A stretch of DNA of 47,215 nt, taken from NCBI GenBank assembly GCA_041476545.1, contig JBGOTP010000003.1:1-47215 (forward strand), given 5' to 3'. Made by a program: the position numbers and the translations under genes. Shown here piece by piece: positions 1 to 8,858 of the stretch; positions within the stretch are counted from its first letter, which is position 1, and every line of letters begins with the position of its first letter. Below the pieces are notes generated by a model, which did no database searches, had not been told where the DNA came from, and saw only the letters and a list, made by a program, of their open reading frames with translations. The stretch is from Vicinamibacteria bacterium (GTDB taxonomy: Bacteria; Acidobacteriota; Vicinamibacteria; Vicinamibacterales; CAVVIG01).

Positions 1-796
1 AGACCGTCTCGCCGGTGAAGAGCTGGCGTCCGGTCAGGCACTCGTAGAGCACGCAGCCGAACGACCAGATGTCGGTGCGACGGTCGACGCTCTTGCCGCG
101 CGCCTGCTCGGGGCTCATGTAGGCGGCGGTGCCGAGGATCATTCCGACGCCGGTCATCTGGGCCGGCGTCGTGAGGGTCGGGGACATCGACAACCCACCT
201 GTCCCACCTGACCCACCCGGCCCCTCCGTCGCTTTGGCCAGTCCGAAGTCCAGCACCTTCACCGTGCCGTCGGGCCGCACTTTGACGTTGGCGGGCTTGA
301 GGTCGCGATGAACGATGCCCTGCTCGTGCGCCGCTTCGAGGGCGTCGGCGATCTGCTTCGCGATCGGCAGCGCTTCGTCGAGCGGGATTCCTGCTTGCCC
401 CGCCGAAGCGCCCGAGGCCCTTTGCCCTGCGATTCGTTGCGATAGATCTTCGCCCTCGACCAGTTCCATGACGAGCGCGCGCATGGCCGCCTGCCCTGAG
501 CCCGCCTGCCCTGAGCCCGCCTGCCCTGAGCTTGTCGAAGGGGTCGAAGGGCCGCTCTGGTGGATGCCGTAGATGGCGGCGATATTGGGGTGATTCAGGG
601 ACGCCAGCGTCTGCGCTTCGCGCGTGAACCGCGCCAGCCGATCGGGATCGTTGGCGAACGACTCCGGCAGGACCTTGATTGCGACGTCGCGATTGAGTGT
701 GGTGTCGCGCGCCCGATAGACCTCGCCCATCCCGCCGGCCCCCAGGGCAGAGAGAATCTCGTACGGGCCGAGGCGGGTGCCGGGGGTGAGGGTCAA
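1..796 (-). CDS. Hanks-type Ser/Thr protein kinase, 3' end truncated by the window edge (absent from the ORF track)
   Basis: My translation from TTG at 796 gives LTLTPGTRLGPYEILSALGAGGMGEVYRARD...VAIKVL...HRDLKPAN...DFGLAK...GTAAYMSPEQ...DIWSFG, i.e. the Gly loop, VAIK, HRD, DFG and SPE motifs. TATAAT lies on the minus strand at 816-811. Confidence 0.95.
   Translation of the reverse strand, partial: MTLTPGTRLGPYEILSALGAGGMGEVYRARDTTLNRDVAIKVLPESFANDPDRLARFTREAQTLASLNHPNIAAIYGIHQSGPSTPSTSSGQAGSGQAGSGQAAMRALVMELVEGEDLSQRIAGQRASGASAGQAGIPLDEALPIAKQIADALEAAHEQGIVHRDLKPANVKVRPDGTVKVLDFGLAKATEGPGGSGGTGGLSMSPTLTTPAQMTGVGMILGTAAYMSPEQARGKSVDRRTDIWSFGCVLYECLTGRQLFTGETV
194..229. repeat. 4 x 9-bp degenerate tandem repeat inside the kinase activation segment
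   Basis: cccacctgt/cccacctga/cccacccgg/cccctccgt; it encodes a Gly-rich stretch (EGPGGSGGTGG) after DFGLAKA. Confidence 0.7.
393..415 (+). repeat. Partial GCYTGCCCCGCCGAAGCG element, in frame in the kinase
   Basis: gcttgccccgccgaagcgcccga closely matches the minus-strand element gcctgccccgccgaagcgcgaga at 8893-8871. Confidence 0.7.
489..551 (+). repeat. Compound 63-bp element (GCCTGCCCTGAGCnn)3(GTCGAAGGG)2, in frame in the kinase
   Basis: Read directly from the sequence; it adds about 21 aa (PSTPSTSSGQAGSGQAGSGQA) between IYGIHQSG and AMRALVMELVEG. Confidence 0.9.
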
Positions 797-1144
797 CAGA
801 GTTCCTGCGGATTATATGGCAGAGCCTGGACACGAAGGTCGTCCACGGGAGGACTGCGAAGAATCTCGTCCAGCGGTCCGGTCAGCATGGACAGCGAGAC
901 GATCGCGGCGTCCAGTCGGCTGGTCGCGGTGCATACCTGGCTGGTCCTGATGTACAAATGGCATGACAGCGATCTTCAGGCCGGACACGTTGCGTGCACT
1001 CACGTAGAAGAAGTGGCGCCTGCGCGCCCGGCCGCGCCCCAGACACAGCTCGGCCACCCCCTGACACAGCACCGCCGTGACATAATCGCGCTGACACGAA
1101 GAGCGCACGCACGTCATTCCCACCGCCCTTCATACATCCGCCAT

Positions 1145-2251
1145 ATGACCGAAGGCGCAACGCTACGCACACGCATCTACGGCGCCTACGAGCGTCATGC
1201 GAAGGTGTGGGATGCGGCGTTCTTCGCCGGTGGCTTCGTCTTCGACGTCGTCGCGACGAGTCATGGTGTCGATCATCCGCTGTTAATCGTTCAGCAGGTG
1301 GTGTACCTGGGCGTCATCGGTGGGATTCTGTACGTGGACGTTCTGCGCGAGGCGCGACCCGAGGACACGACCTTCCCGCCACGACTCGAACGCCTGTGGT
1401 CGTACCGCAGTCTCGTGGTCCACTTCTGCCTCGGCACGCTGATGAATCTCTACTCGATCTTCTTCCTGATGAGCGCGTCGCCCTTCTCGTCCGTCGCGTT
1501 CGTCGCGCTGCTCTCCGGAGCCATCGTCGCCAACGAGCTCGAGGCCGTCCGGCGCCGCGGCGTCGACGTCAAGGTCGGGCTTTTTGCGATCTGCGTCTTC
1601 TGCTTCTGGTCCCTGATGATCCCGATCGTGGTCGGTCGCGTGGGGCTCCTGCCGTTTGTCGGCTCGTTTATCGGCACGCTTGGTTCCGTGGCCGCGTTCT
1701 ATGCCTTACTGCGACGTCGCCTGACTGCGACCGAGCTCAGTCTCCGGCTCGCCATGCCCGCCATCTCCGTGAGCCTCTGCTTCCTCGTGCTGTATCTCAT
1801 CGGCCTCATCCCGCCGGTTCCCATCGCCGCGAAGAGGCTCGGCGTGTACCACCGGGTCGAAAAGGTCGGCAACGACTACCTCTTGTCGCACGAACCGGTG
1901 GGATGGCGGTTCTGGCAGAAAGGGGATCAGACGTTCGTTGCCAGGCCAGGCGACAAGATCTACGTATTCGTGGCCGTGTTCTCGCCGGCCCGTTTCGACG
2001 ACACGGTGTTCGTGCGCTGGGAGCTGCGCGATCGGCGTGGCGAGTGGACAGTGGCCGACCGCCTCCCTCTCCACATCACCGGCGGGCGGCGCGACGGGTT
2101 TCGCGGATTCGTGAACAAGGAACGCTACTCCGAGGGCGACTGGCGCCTGACGCTCGAAACCCGGGATCGACGCGAAATCTCGCGCCTGTACTTCACCGTG
2201 ACGCGCGCCAATCCGGATCCGGCGCGCGTGTTCGTGGCCGACAGGTCCTAG
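1145..2251 (+). CDS. Multi-pass membrane protein with C-terminal DUF2914-like domain
   Basis: About 7-8 hydrophobic segments, then IPPVP...VFSPARF...ITGGRRDGFRG...GDWRL. The start was moved to ATG 1145 because the upstream part of ORF 560 is the kinase antisense shadow. Confidence 0.75.
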   Translation: MTEGATLRTRIYGAYERHAKVWDAAFFAGGFVFDVVATSHGVDHPLLIVQQVVYLGVIGGILYVDVLREARPEDTTFPPRLERLWSYRSLVVHFCLGTLMNLYSIFFLMSASPFSSVAFVALLSGAIVANELEAVRRRGVDVKVGLFAICVFCFWSLMIPIVVGRVGLLPFVGSFIGTLGSVAAFYALLRRRLTATELSLRLAMPAISVSLCFLVLYLIGLIPPVPIAAKRLGVYHRVEKVGNDYLLSHEPVGWRFWQKGDQTFVARPGDKIYVFVAVFSPARFDDTVFVRWELRDRRGEWTVADRLPLHITGGRRDGFRGFVNKERYSEGDWRLTLETRDRREISRLYFTVTRANPDPARVFVADRS

Positions 2252-2314
2252 CTTCTTCTCGCGAAACAGACCGGAAACAGAGCCCGCAACGCCATGGGCC
2301 CAAGGACCAGCGTG

Positions 2315-2320
2315 TATACT
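2315..2320 (+). promoter_or_regulatory. Putative -10 box (TATACT) 7 nt before the pyrK ATG; probable leaderless start
   Basis: gtgTATACTgccaggaATG, with no properly spaced SD downstream of the box. Confidence 0.55.
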
Positions 2321-2327
2321 GCCAGGA

Positions 2328-3140
2328 ATGCCCTTCGACGTCGCCGCGCGAGTGATGGCGAACACGCGGCTGTCGGCGGACTACAACGTGCTCGCGCTGT
2401 CCGCGCCCGCGATCGCCGCCGCCGCAGCACCCGGTCAGTTCGTGATGGTCAAGGCGGCAGCCGCGCACGACCCGCTCCTGCGCCGCCCGTTTTCGGTCTT
2501 CGAAGTGCTGCGTAACGCGGCCGGCACGCCAGTCGGCCTTTCGCTGCTCAATAAACGCATCGGCGTCTCGACCGGCCTCTTGTACGACGCGGAACCGGGA
2601 GCGACGGTCGCCTGCTTCGGACCTCTTGGAAAACCGTTCACCATCGTCGACCCGCCGACTGAAAGCTGGATGGTTGCCGGTGGCGTCGGCCTGGCGCCAT
2701 TTGCCGCGCTCGCCGAAGCGCTGCGCGCGCGCGCGGTAACTACGACGCTCTTCTACGGCGCCCGCACTGCGGGAGATCTCTTCCACCTGGATCTCTTTTG
2801 CGACATGGGCGTCGAACTCGTGCTCACCACCGAAGACGGCTCCGCCGGCGAGAAAGGCCGCGTCATCGCACCGCTCGATCGCCGCCTCGCCGCCCGCGAT
2901 CCGCGCGCGCCGCTGCTCATCCAGGCCTGCGGTCCGGAAGGCATGCTGGCCGCCTGCGCGAAGACGGCAGCTCAGCACCATCGGCCGTGCGAGGTCTCCG
3001 TCGAACGGATCATGGGCTGCGGGATGGGTGGCTGCTACAGCTGCGTCGTGCCGATGCGCAGCGACGATGGATCGTTTCATCATGTGCGATCGTGCATCGC
3101 CGGGCCGGTGCTGCCAGCGGATCGGATACTGTGGGATTAG
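2328..3140 (+). CDS. pyrK: Dihydroorotate dehydrogenase electron transfer subunit
   Basis: PGQFVM, LRRPFS, GPLGK, VAGGVG, CGP and the 2Fe-2S motif MGCGMGGCYSC...C; adjacent to pyrD. Confidence 0.95.
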   Translation: MPFDVAARVMANTRLSADYNVLALSAPAIAAAAAPGQFVMVKAAAAHDPLLRRPFSVFEVLRNAAGTPVGLSLLNKRIGVSTGLLYDAEPGATVACFGPLGKPFTIVDPPTESWMVAGGVGLAPFAALAEALRARAVTTTLFYGARTAGDLFHLDLFCDMGVELVLTTEDGSAGEKGRVIAPLDRRLAARDPRAPLLIQACGPEGMLAACAKTAAQHHRPCEVSVERIMGCGMGGCYSCVVPMRSDDGSFHHVRSCIAGPVLPADRILWD

Positions 3141-4081
3141 ATCTCTCCGTCCGAATCGGATCGCTCGCCCTCACCAACCCGCTCATCGCCGCAAGCGGCT
3201 GCTTCGGGTACGGTGTCGAATACGCCGACCTGATCGATCTCTCCTCTCTCGGCGCCATCGTCACCAAGGGACTGTTCCTCACCGCGCGCGAGGGTCACCC
3301 GGCCCCGCGGATCGTGGAAACCCCCGCCGGCATGCTCAACGCGATCGGCCTGCAGGGCATCGGCGCGCGACGGTTCGTGGCGGAAAAGCTGCCGGAGCTT
3401 CGCGCGCGGCGGGCCACGGTTATCGTCAACGTCTGTGGGACGACAATTGATGAGTACGCGGAGGTGTCGCGGATCCTCTCGGACGCGGAAGGCGTGGCCG
3501 CGATCGAGCTGAACATCTCCTGCCCCAATATCAAGGAAGGCGGCATTCAGTTCGGCTGCAGCCTCGACGGAACCTTCGCGGTCGTCAGCGCCGTTCGCAA
3601 GGTCACGCGACTACCCATCATGCCGAAGCTCACGCCGAACGTCACCGACGTCGCGTCGTTCGCCCGTGCATCCGAGGACGCGGGGGCCGATGCCGTGTCG
3701 CTCGTCAATACGTTTCTGGCCATGGTGATCGATGTCGAAACCCGGCGGCCGAGGATTTCGAATGGCGTCGGCGGGTTGAGTGGACCCGCCATCCGGCCGA
3801 TTGCGGTGCGCATGGTGCACGAGTGTCACGAGGCCGTGAAGATCCCGGTCGTGGGGATGGGCGGCATCATGGACGCCAGGGATGCGCTGGAGTTCGTGAT
3901 CGCGGGCGCCGCCGCGGTGCAAGTTGGCACGGCCAATTTCGTCGACCCGTTCATCTGGCCGAAACTCATCGACGGCATGCGCGACTACATGCAGCGCCAC
4001 GGCATCGCGCGCATTGCCGATCTCGTGGGCTCGATGGAGACCGACCCGGTGAAGAGTCCGGACACGTTATGGATCAACTGA
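3131..4081 (+). CDS. pyrD: Dihydroorotate dehydrogenase B, catalytic subunit
   Basis: NPLIAASGCFG, MLNAIGL, ELNISCPN, KLTPNV, GGLSGPAIRP, VQVGTA. The start is inferred at GTG 3131, overlapping pyrK. Confidence 0.95.
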   Translation: MGLDLSVRIGSLALTNPLIAASGCFGYGVEYADLIDLSSLGAIVTKGLFLTAREGHPAPRIVETPAGMLNAIGLQGIGARRFVAEKLPELRARRATVIVNVCGTTIDEYAEVSRILSDAEGVAAIELNISCPNIKEGGIQFGCSLDGTFAVVSAVRKVTRLPIMPKLTPNVTDVASFARASEDAGADAVSLVNTFLAMVIDVETRRPRISNGVGGLSGPAIRPIAVRMVHECHEAVKIPVVGMGGIMDARDALEFVIAGAAAVQVGTANFVDPFIWPKLIDGMRDYMQRHGIARIADLVGSMETDPVKSPDTLWIN

Positions 4082-4785
4082 TTGTCGCGCTCGATGTCGA
4101 TACGGCCACACAGGCGCGCGCCCTGGCCGACGACCTTCGCGGTGTCGCCGGTGGCTTCAAGGTTGGCAAACAGCTCTTCACCAGCCACGGTCCCTCGATC
4201 GTGGAGGAACTGGTGGGACGCGGGGACCGGGTGTTTCTCGACCTCAAGTTTCACGACATCCCCAATACCGTCGCTGGCGCGATCCGGTCGGCCACTCGGC
4301 TCGGTGCGTGGATGGTGAACGTGCACGCCTCGGGAGGACGCGAGATGATGCGCGCCGCTCGCGCGGCCGCCGACGAGGAAGGCGCGCGCCTGTCGAAGCC
4401 CGCGCCACTCGTGATCGCGGTCACGGTCCTGACGAGCCTGAGCGATGCCTCACTGGCGGAAACCGGCGTCTCGTCTTCCGTCGCGGCGCAGGTCGATCGC
4501 CTGGCCACACTCGCGAAGGAGGCGGGGCTCGATGGGGTCGTGGCTTCTCCCCATGAGATCGCACGCGTGCGCGCAACCTGCGGCAAGGCGTTCGTCATCG
4601 TCACGCCAGGAATCCGCGGCGCCTCGGACGAGAAAGGCGATCAGCAGCGGACCGCGACGGCCGCGGACGCGCTGGCCGCCGGAGCCAGCTACCTGGTCGT
4701 CGGCCGCCCGATCACGGCCGCGCCCAATCCGCGGGAAGCGGCCGAACGCATCGCAGCCGATTGCCGCGGATCGCGCGTCGCGTGA
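4069..4785 (+). CDS. pyrF: Orotidine-5'-phosphate decarboxylase
   Basis: MDQLIVALD, FKVG, FLDLKFHDIPNTV, VTVLTS, VTPGIR, LVVGRPI. Confidence 0.97.
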   Translation: MDQLIVALDVDTATQARALADDLRGVAGGFKVGKQLFTSHGPSIVEELVGRGDRVFLDLKFHDIPNTVAGAIRSATRLGAWMVNVHASGGREMMRAARAAADEEGARLSKPAPLVIAVTVLTSLSDASLAETGVSSSVAAQVDRLATLAKEAGLDGVVASPHEIARVRATCGKAFVIVTPGIRGASDEKGDQQRTATAADALAAGASYLVVGRPITAAPNPREAAERIAADCRGSRVA

Positions 4786-5048
4786 TCGCGATCACGCTCT
4801 ACTCCCGCCCCGGTTGTCACCTGTGCGATGAGATGAAAGCGGTCGTCGCGACCGTCGTCCAGTCGACGCCGGACGTGCCGGTAACGGTCGACGAGATAGA
4901 CATCTCGAGCGACCCCGCGCTCGAATCGCTCTACAGCCTCGAGATTCCGGTGCTCTTGATCAATGGGAAGAAAGCAGCGAAGTACAACATCACAGAGGGG
5001 AAATTGCGCCGCCTGTTGATAGCGAGGGCGGACCGGGGAGTTCGGTAG
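4782..5048 (+). CDS. Glutaredoxin-like protein (DUF836 type)
   Basis: ITLYSRPGCHLCD (CxxC) and EIPVLLING; GTGA overlap with the pyrF stop. Confidence 0.85.
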   Translation: MIAITLYSRPGCHLCDEMKAVVATVVQSTPDVPVTVDEIDISSDPALESLYSLEIPVLLINGKKAAKYNITEGKLRRLLIARADRGVR

Positions 5049-5081
5049 TCGGGGAATTGCGGAATCCGGCAATCGGGGAAT
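5034..5081. repeat. 6 x 8-bp degenerate tandem repeat (approx. CGGGGAAT)
   Basis: cggggagt/tcggtagt/cggggaat/tgcggaat/ccggcaat/cggggaat; contains the stop codon of the glutaredoxin-like gene. Confidence 0.8.
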
Positions 5082-5091
5082 CGCGCTTGCA

Positions 5092-5168
5092 CTCCCTGCC
5101 CACCCGGCCTGATCCACCTGCCCCGCCTGCCCGCCCGCCCTGCCCGCCCTACCTGCCCGACCAGCCCT
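5092..5168. repeat. Degenerate ~9-bp C-rich tandem array (approx. CCCACCTGC)
   Basis: cccacccgg, tccacctgc, cccgcctgc, cctgcccgc, cctacctgc, ccgaccagc; the array ends at the pal stop codon. Confidence 0.75.
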
Positions 5169-5784
5169 ATTTCGCTGACACGATGAAGTGTCCCCGGCGG
5201 TTCTGCTGCCAGCACGCCTCGGTCTCCTCGCCGCAGAACGGCTGTTCCTTCCCCTTGCTGATCACCGTGAGCCGCGTGGCCTGAATTCCCAGGCTGACGA
5301 GATACTGCTTCACCGCGTCGGCTCGACGCGACCCGAGCGCCAGGTTGTACTCCGAGCTCCCGCGTGAGTCGGCGTGCCCTTCGACGATCACCAGCGTGTT
5401 CGTCCACCTCTTCATCCAGTCCGCATTCTTCTGCAGCGGCGCCTTCGCATCCTCGCGGATCGTCGACTCATCGAGGTCGAAGAAGACGTCGTCCAGCGGC
5501 TTCTCCAGATTGAGCTGATCGAGCGACTTGCGCGCGAAGATCTGCTCTTCCGTGAGGGGTGCCGCTGCCGGCGCCGGGGTCGGAACCGGCGGCCGCGGCG
5601 GCGCGGGCGCTGGGGGCGGAGGTGTCACGGTCGGCCGTGGAGGGGGCGGCGGAGGGGCCGGCTGGACGATGACCGGGGGCGCTGCCGCGGCAACTTTCGG
5701 GGGTGCCTTGTGGCAGCCTGCGGCGGTCACGGCCAGCGCGACGCCGAGCGACACGAGAGAGACACAGTCACGAATGCGAATCAT
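5167..5784 (-). CDS. pal: Peptidoglycan-associated lipoprotein (OmpA-C family) with Pro-rich linker
   Basis: Lipobox-like TAAGC, then VFFDLD, VEGHADSRGSSEYNLALGSRRA, ISKGKEQP and QQNRR. Confidence 0.88.
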   Translation of the reverse strand: MIRIRDCVSLVSLGVALAVTAAGCHKAPPKVAAAAPPVIVQPAPPPPPPRPTVTPPPPAPAPPRPPVPTPAPAAAPLTEEQIFARKSLDQLNLEKPLDDVFFDLDESTIREDAKAPLQKNADWMKRWTNTLVIVEGHADSRGSSEYNLALGSRRADAVKQYLVSLGIQATRLTVISKGKEQPFCGEETEACWQQNRRGHFIVSAK

Positions 5785-5889
5785 GGAATCACTCTCCCAG
5801 GAGATGGGGGCAGCTTATAAGCCGCTTGATACGGTGTCAATCACTCAACCCACGGAGACTCCGGGAATTCGCACGGTACAATCCACCGC

Positions 5890-6642
5890 GTGGACCATCT
5901 CCTGCGTGCCACGGCTGAGGCCGAGGCGCGCCATTTCTGGTTCCAGGGCTTCCGGCTCTTTGTTGCGCCGCTGCTGCGCCAGAGCACGGAGGGCGTCTCG
6001 AACGTTCGGCTTCTGGATTGCGGGTGCGGCACGGGCGCAAACGCCGCGTGGCTCGGCCGGTTCGGCCGTGCCTACGGATTCGATGTGTCGGCCGTCGGCC
6101 TTCGCCTCGCCAGTGAAGCGGGCCGCCGGCGGCTCGTAAGGGCCTCGGTCACGGCGGTCCCCTTTGCGAGCGGCTCGTTCGACGTCGTCACCTCGTTCGA
6201 CGTGCTCTATTCGCTCAAATCGTCCGATGAGCAGGCGGCAGTCGCCGAGATGCACCGGTTGACCCGTCCGGGTGGCTTCATCATCGTGAACGTCGCCGCG
6301 ATGGAGTCGCTCGGTGGCGACCACTCCGTGCTCAGCCGGGAAGTCCGCCGGTACAGCCGGGAGAGTCTTCGGCGGCTGCTCACCGGCGCCGGCTTCTCCG
6401 TCGTACGCCTCACGTACACCAACGCCGTCCTGTTTCTTCCCATGTTCGTCAACCGCGCGCTCCAGCGCTGGCGCGGACTGTCGGTCGCTGACGAAGCCGC
6501 GGTCGGAGAAATTACCATCCCGCCCGCACCGCTCAACGCTCTGCTGACGGCTGCGCTTCGCATGGAGAGTCTGTGGCTGCGGGCGTTCGACAACCCGTTC
6601 GGCAGCTCGCTGCTGTGTCTCGCGCGGAAGCCGGCCTCTTAG
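5890..6642 (+). CDS. Class I SAM-dependent methyltransferase
   Basis: HFWF, LLDCGCGTG, PFASGSFDVV and RPGG. TACAAT (5877-5882) lies 7 nt before the GTG. Confidence 0.9.
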   Translation: MDHLLRATAEAEARHFWFQGFRLFVAPLLRQSTEGVSNVRLLDCGCGTGANAAWLGRFGRAYGFDVSAVGLRLASEAGRRRLVRASVTAVPFASGSFDVVTSFDVLYSLKSSDEQAAVAEMHRLTRPGGFIIVNVAAMESLGGDHSVLSREVRRYSRESLRRLLTGAGFSVVRLTYTNAVLFLPMFVNRALQRWRGLSVADEAAVGEITIPPAPLNALLTAALRMESLWLRAFDNPFGSSLLCLARKPAS

Positions 6643-8858
6643 TTCGGGCGAGTGCTGATCCGGCAATCGAAGACCTTCAGCCCCAGGTGGCGCCTGTCGG
6701 CCGTCCCCGATTTCCGGTCTGCCGGGATGTTCACCTGATCGGTTTCGATCGTGATGATCTGATCGAGGCGTTCGCGATCGCCGATGAGTGCTGCGGGCAG
6801 TTCGGCGCGGATCGAGAACGTCGCGCCCACGTCCTGCTGTGCCAGAATCCGGTCGCCGGCGCGAATCGTGACGTGGGACGGCCTGGAGAAGTCCTCTGTC
6901 ACCCCGTCGACGGTCAGCACGAGCGCCTGACCGGTGCCGCGCACGCGGAGGCTGCCGCGCTCGCTCATCCAGCGCCAGAGCCTCCCGGTGGCGCCGTCGT
7001 ACTCCCGCTCGTGCCAGCCCTCTCCGTACCCGAACACCACGCGCTCCGGCGGTTGCGCATCGAACTGCTCGATCGCCACGTCGCCGTGCGCGGCGATCGT
7101 CAAGACACCATAGTCCCCAGGCCCAGACAGCGCGCCGGCCTGGACCGTCAGCATCTGGAGAAAGAATCCTGGCGCAACGGTGGGCTGAGCGATCAATCGA
7201 CCGTCGATCGCAATGCTCAACGACGCGTCCCCATCTCGTGCGAAATTGCGTCCGCCGACCATCATCGTCACCGGCTCGGATCGCCGGCGCACCCACCCCT
7301 CACTCGGCGCGCGTCCCCGGCCGTACCGGCCGGTATCGGCGACACCCGCGGTTTCCGGCGTCAGCGCCCACCCCTCGCCGAGGTACCAGCCTGGCGAATC
7401 AAAAACGTACCAATCCATCTCGTTGGGCCGTACACCCCCAAGGAGCACCGGAAACGCGAGCGGCCATCGATACACCCGCGGCTGCTGATGATCGACGAGC
7501 GCGAGATCGCTCCGCAGGGGATCCGCGACAAACCAGACCGGCGCGCGTCCGCCTGCGTTCCAGTACTTCACAAACTCCAGCCACTCGTGCTTGGGCGGCG
7601 CCGGCAGCCGCTCGGAAAACGCGGGCATGTCCCCTGCCATCCACTCGATGGGCCGCCTCATGTCGAGTGCTTCGCGGCGATGCGTCGCGAGCACGGGAGG
7701 CGCGCCAAGAGTCGGACTCGATGCCCGCATATCCGTCAGCAGGCGAAACGCCGGCGCCTCCATGCCCGCGTACGCCTGGAGGCTCGGCACCGCCACGGCC
7801 ATATTGGCCGCCACGAGCACGACGACCACCGCGAGAGCGGCACGGCGGGGCAGAAGAGCCGCCCCTTGAACGGCCAGATAGGCCAGCGGAACCACAATGG
7901 GCAACGAGTACCGTGTCGTGACGGTCTCCTGAAACAGCAGATCGAAGACCAGATATGGTACGAATGCCGCCATCAGGATCCCGAGCGCCGGCCGCGATTC
8001 CCGCAGCAGGCGCACGACACCGATCGCCGCCAGCATGAGCGTGACACCGGCCAGGATCGGCGTGCCCCAGGGCGCGACGAACGCGCTGTTGAACGCCAGC
8101 AACAGCTGCCGCGGCGTGTGGGTCGTCCATAACATGGCGACGCCGGTGAAGTCTTCCGACCCCTGCGCCGACAGCGTCCGCCAGTAACCAAGAGGTCCTC
8201 CGGTGAGCCAGACGAGTGGCACGAACCACACGAGCCCGCCGGCGACGAGCGCCCCGAATGCCACCAGAACACCTTCAACGCGCTTGTGGCGCGGCCGCCT
8301 GGCTGCCATGACGACAATGAGCGGAACGGTCAGCCAGATCACCTGCGATCGAATCCCACTCGCCAGTCCGGCCAGGCACGCGGCTACCGCCAGGCCGCCG
8401 CCGCCCGTGGCCGAGAGCGCAAGCGCCTGCACGCCGAGCGCGGCCGCCAGGCCCGGCAGATCGCTCAGTGGACGCGCGGCGGTGAACCAGAAGAGCGGCG
8501 CCGTCGCCGTCAGCGCCGTTGCGAGCATCGGCCACTGGCCCGCTCGCGGATCGTGGCGGTCCGCATCCAGTCTGCGGAATATCGCCGCAAGCGCGAGGAC
8601 CGACAGCGTACCCGAGAGAATGCTCAACAGGCTGAGGGCAGAGACCTCGGACGGCACCACCGTCCTGAGGACTTTGGCCGCACCGATCACGAGAGGGTAG
8701 CCGGGCGGATGGGGCTGATGCTGCGCCACGTCGAAGTGCCGCACGCCGAGGGCGAAGTTGATCGAGTCGTGATCTTCGAGTGCTGTGGGAACGAAGGGCA
8801 GGTGCAGAAGAAGAAAGGCCGCTGCGATGACGCCGGCGACGCTGGAGGGGCGCCCCAC
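6639..8858 (-). CDS. Polytopic membrane protein, GT-C/PMT-like glycosyltransferase with C-terminal extracytoplasmic domain (start uncertain)
   Basis: EDHDSINFALGVRHFD...HQPHPPGYP after TM1, more than 10 TM segments, soluble C-terminus. The ORF extension to 8981 only translates the repeat and larE overlap. Confidence 0.7.
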   Translation of the reverse strand: MGRPSSVAGVIAAAFLLLHLPFVPTALEDHDSINFALGVRHFDVAQHQPHPPGYPLVIGAAKVLRTVVPSEVSALSLLSILSGTLSVLALAAIFRRLDADRHDPRAGQWPMLATALTATAPLFWFTAARPLSDLPGLAAALGVQALALSATGGGGLAVAACLAGLASGIRSQVIWLTVPLIVVMAARRPRHKRVEGVLVAFGALVAGGLVWFVPLVWLTGGPLGYWRTLSAQGSEDFTGVAMLWTTHTPRQLLLAFNSAFVAPWGTPILAGVTLMLAAIGVVRLLRESRPALGILMAAFVPYLVFDLLFQETVTTRYSLPIVVPLAYLAVQGAALLPRRAALAVVVVLVAANMAVAVPSLQAYAGMEAPAFRLLTDMRASSPTLGAPPVLATHRREALDMRRPIEWMAGDMPAFSERLPAPPKHEWLEFVKYWNAGGRAPVWFVADPLRSDLALVDHQQPRVYRWPLAFPVLLGGVRPNEMDWYVFDSPGWYLGEGWALTPETAGVADTGRYGRGRAPSEGWVRRRSEPVTMMVGGRNFARDGDASLSIAIDGRLIAQPTVAPGFFLQMLTVQAGALSGPGDYGVLTIAAHGDVAIEQFDAQPPERVVFGYGEGWHEREYDGATGRLWRWMSERGSLRVRGTGQALVLTVDGVTEDFSRPSHVTIRAGDRILAQQDVGATFSIRAELPAALIGDRERLDQIITIETDQVNIPADRKSGTADRRHLGLKVFDCRISTRPN

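Noticed and set aside
129-1144. Plus-strand ORFs 129..311, 315..572 and the N-terminal part of 560..2251
   Set aside because: They are antisense shadows of the kinase plus intergenic sequence; the kinase motifs are on the minus strand.
817-1144. 330-bp intergenic stretch as a possible ncRNA or gene remnant
   Set aside because: It has only short gacacagc-like echoes, with no convincing structure or coding signal.
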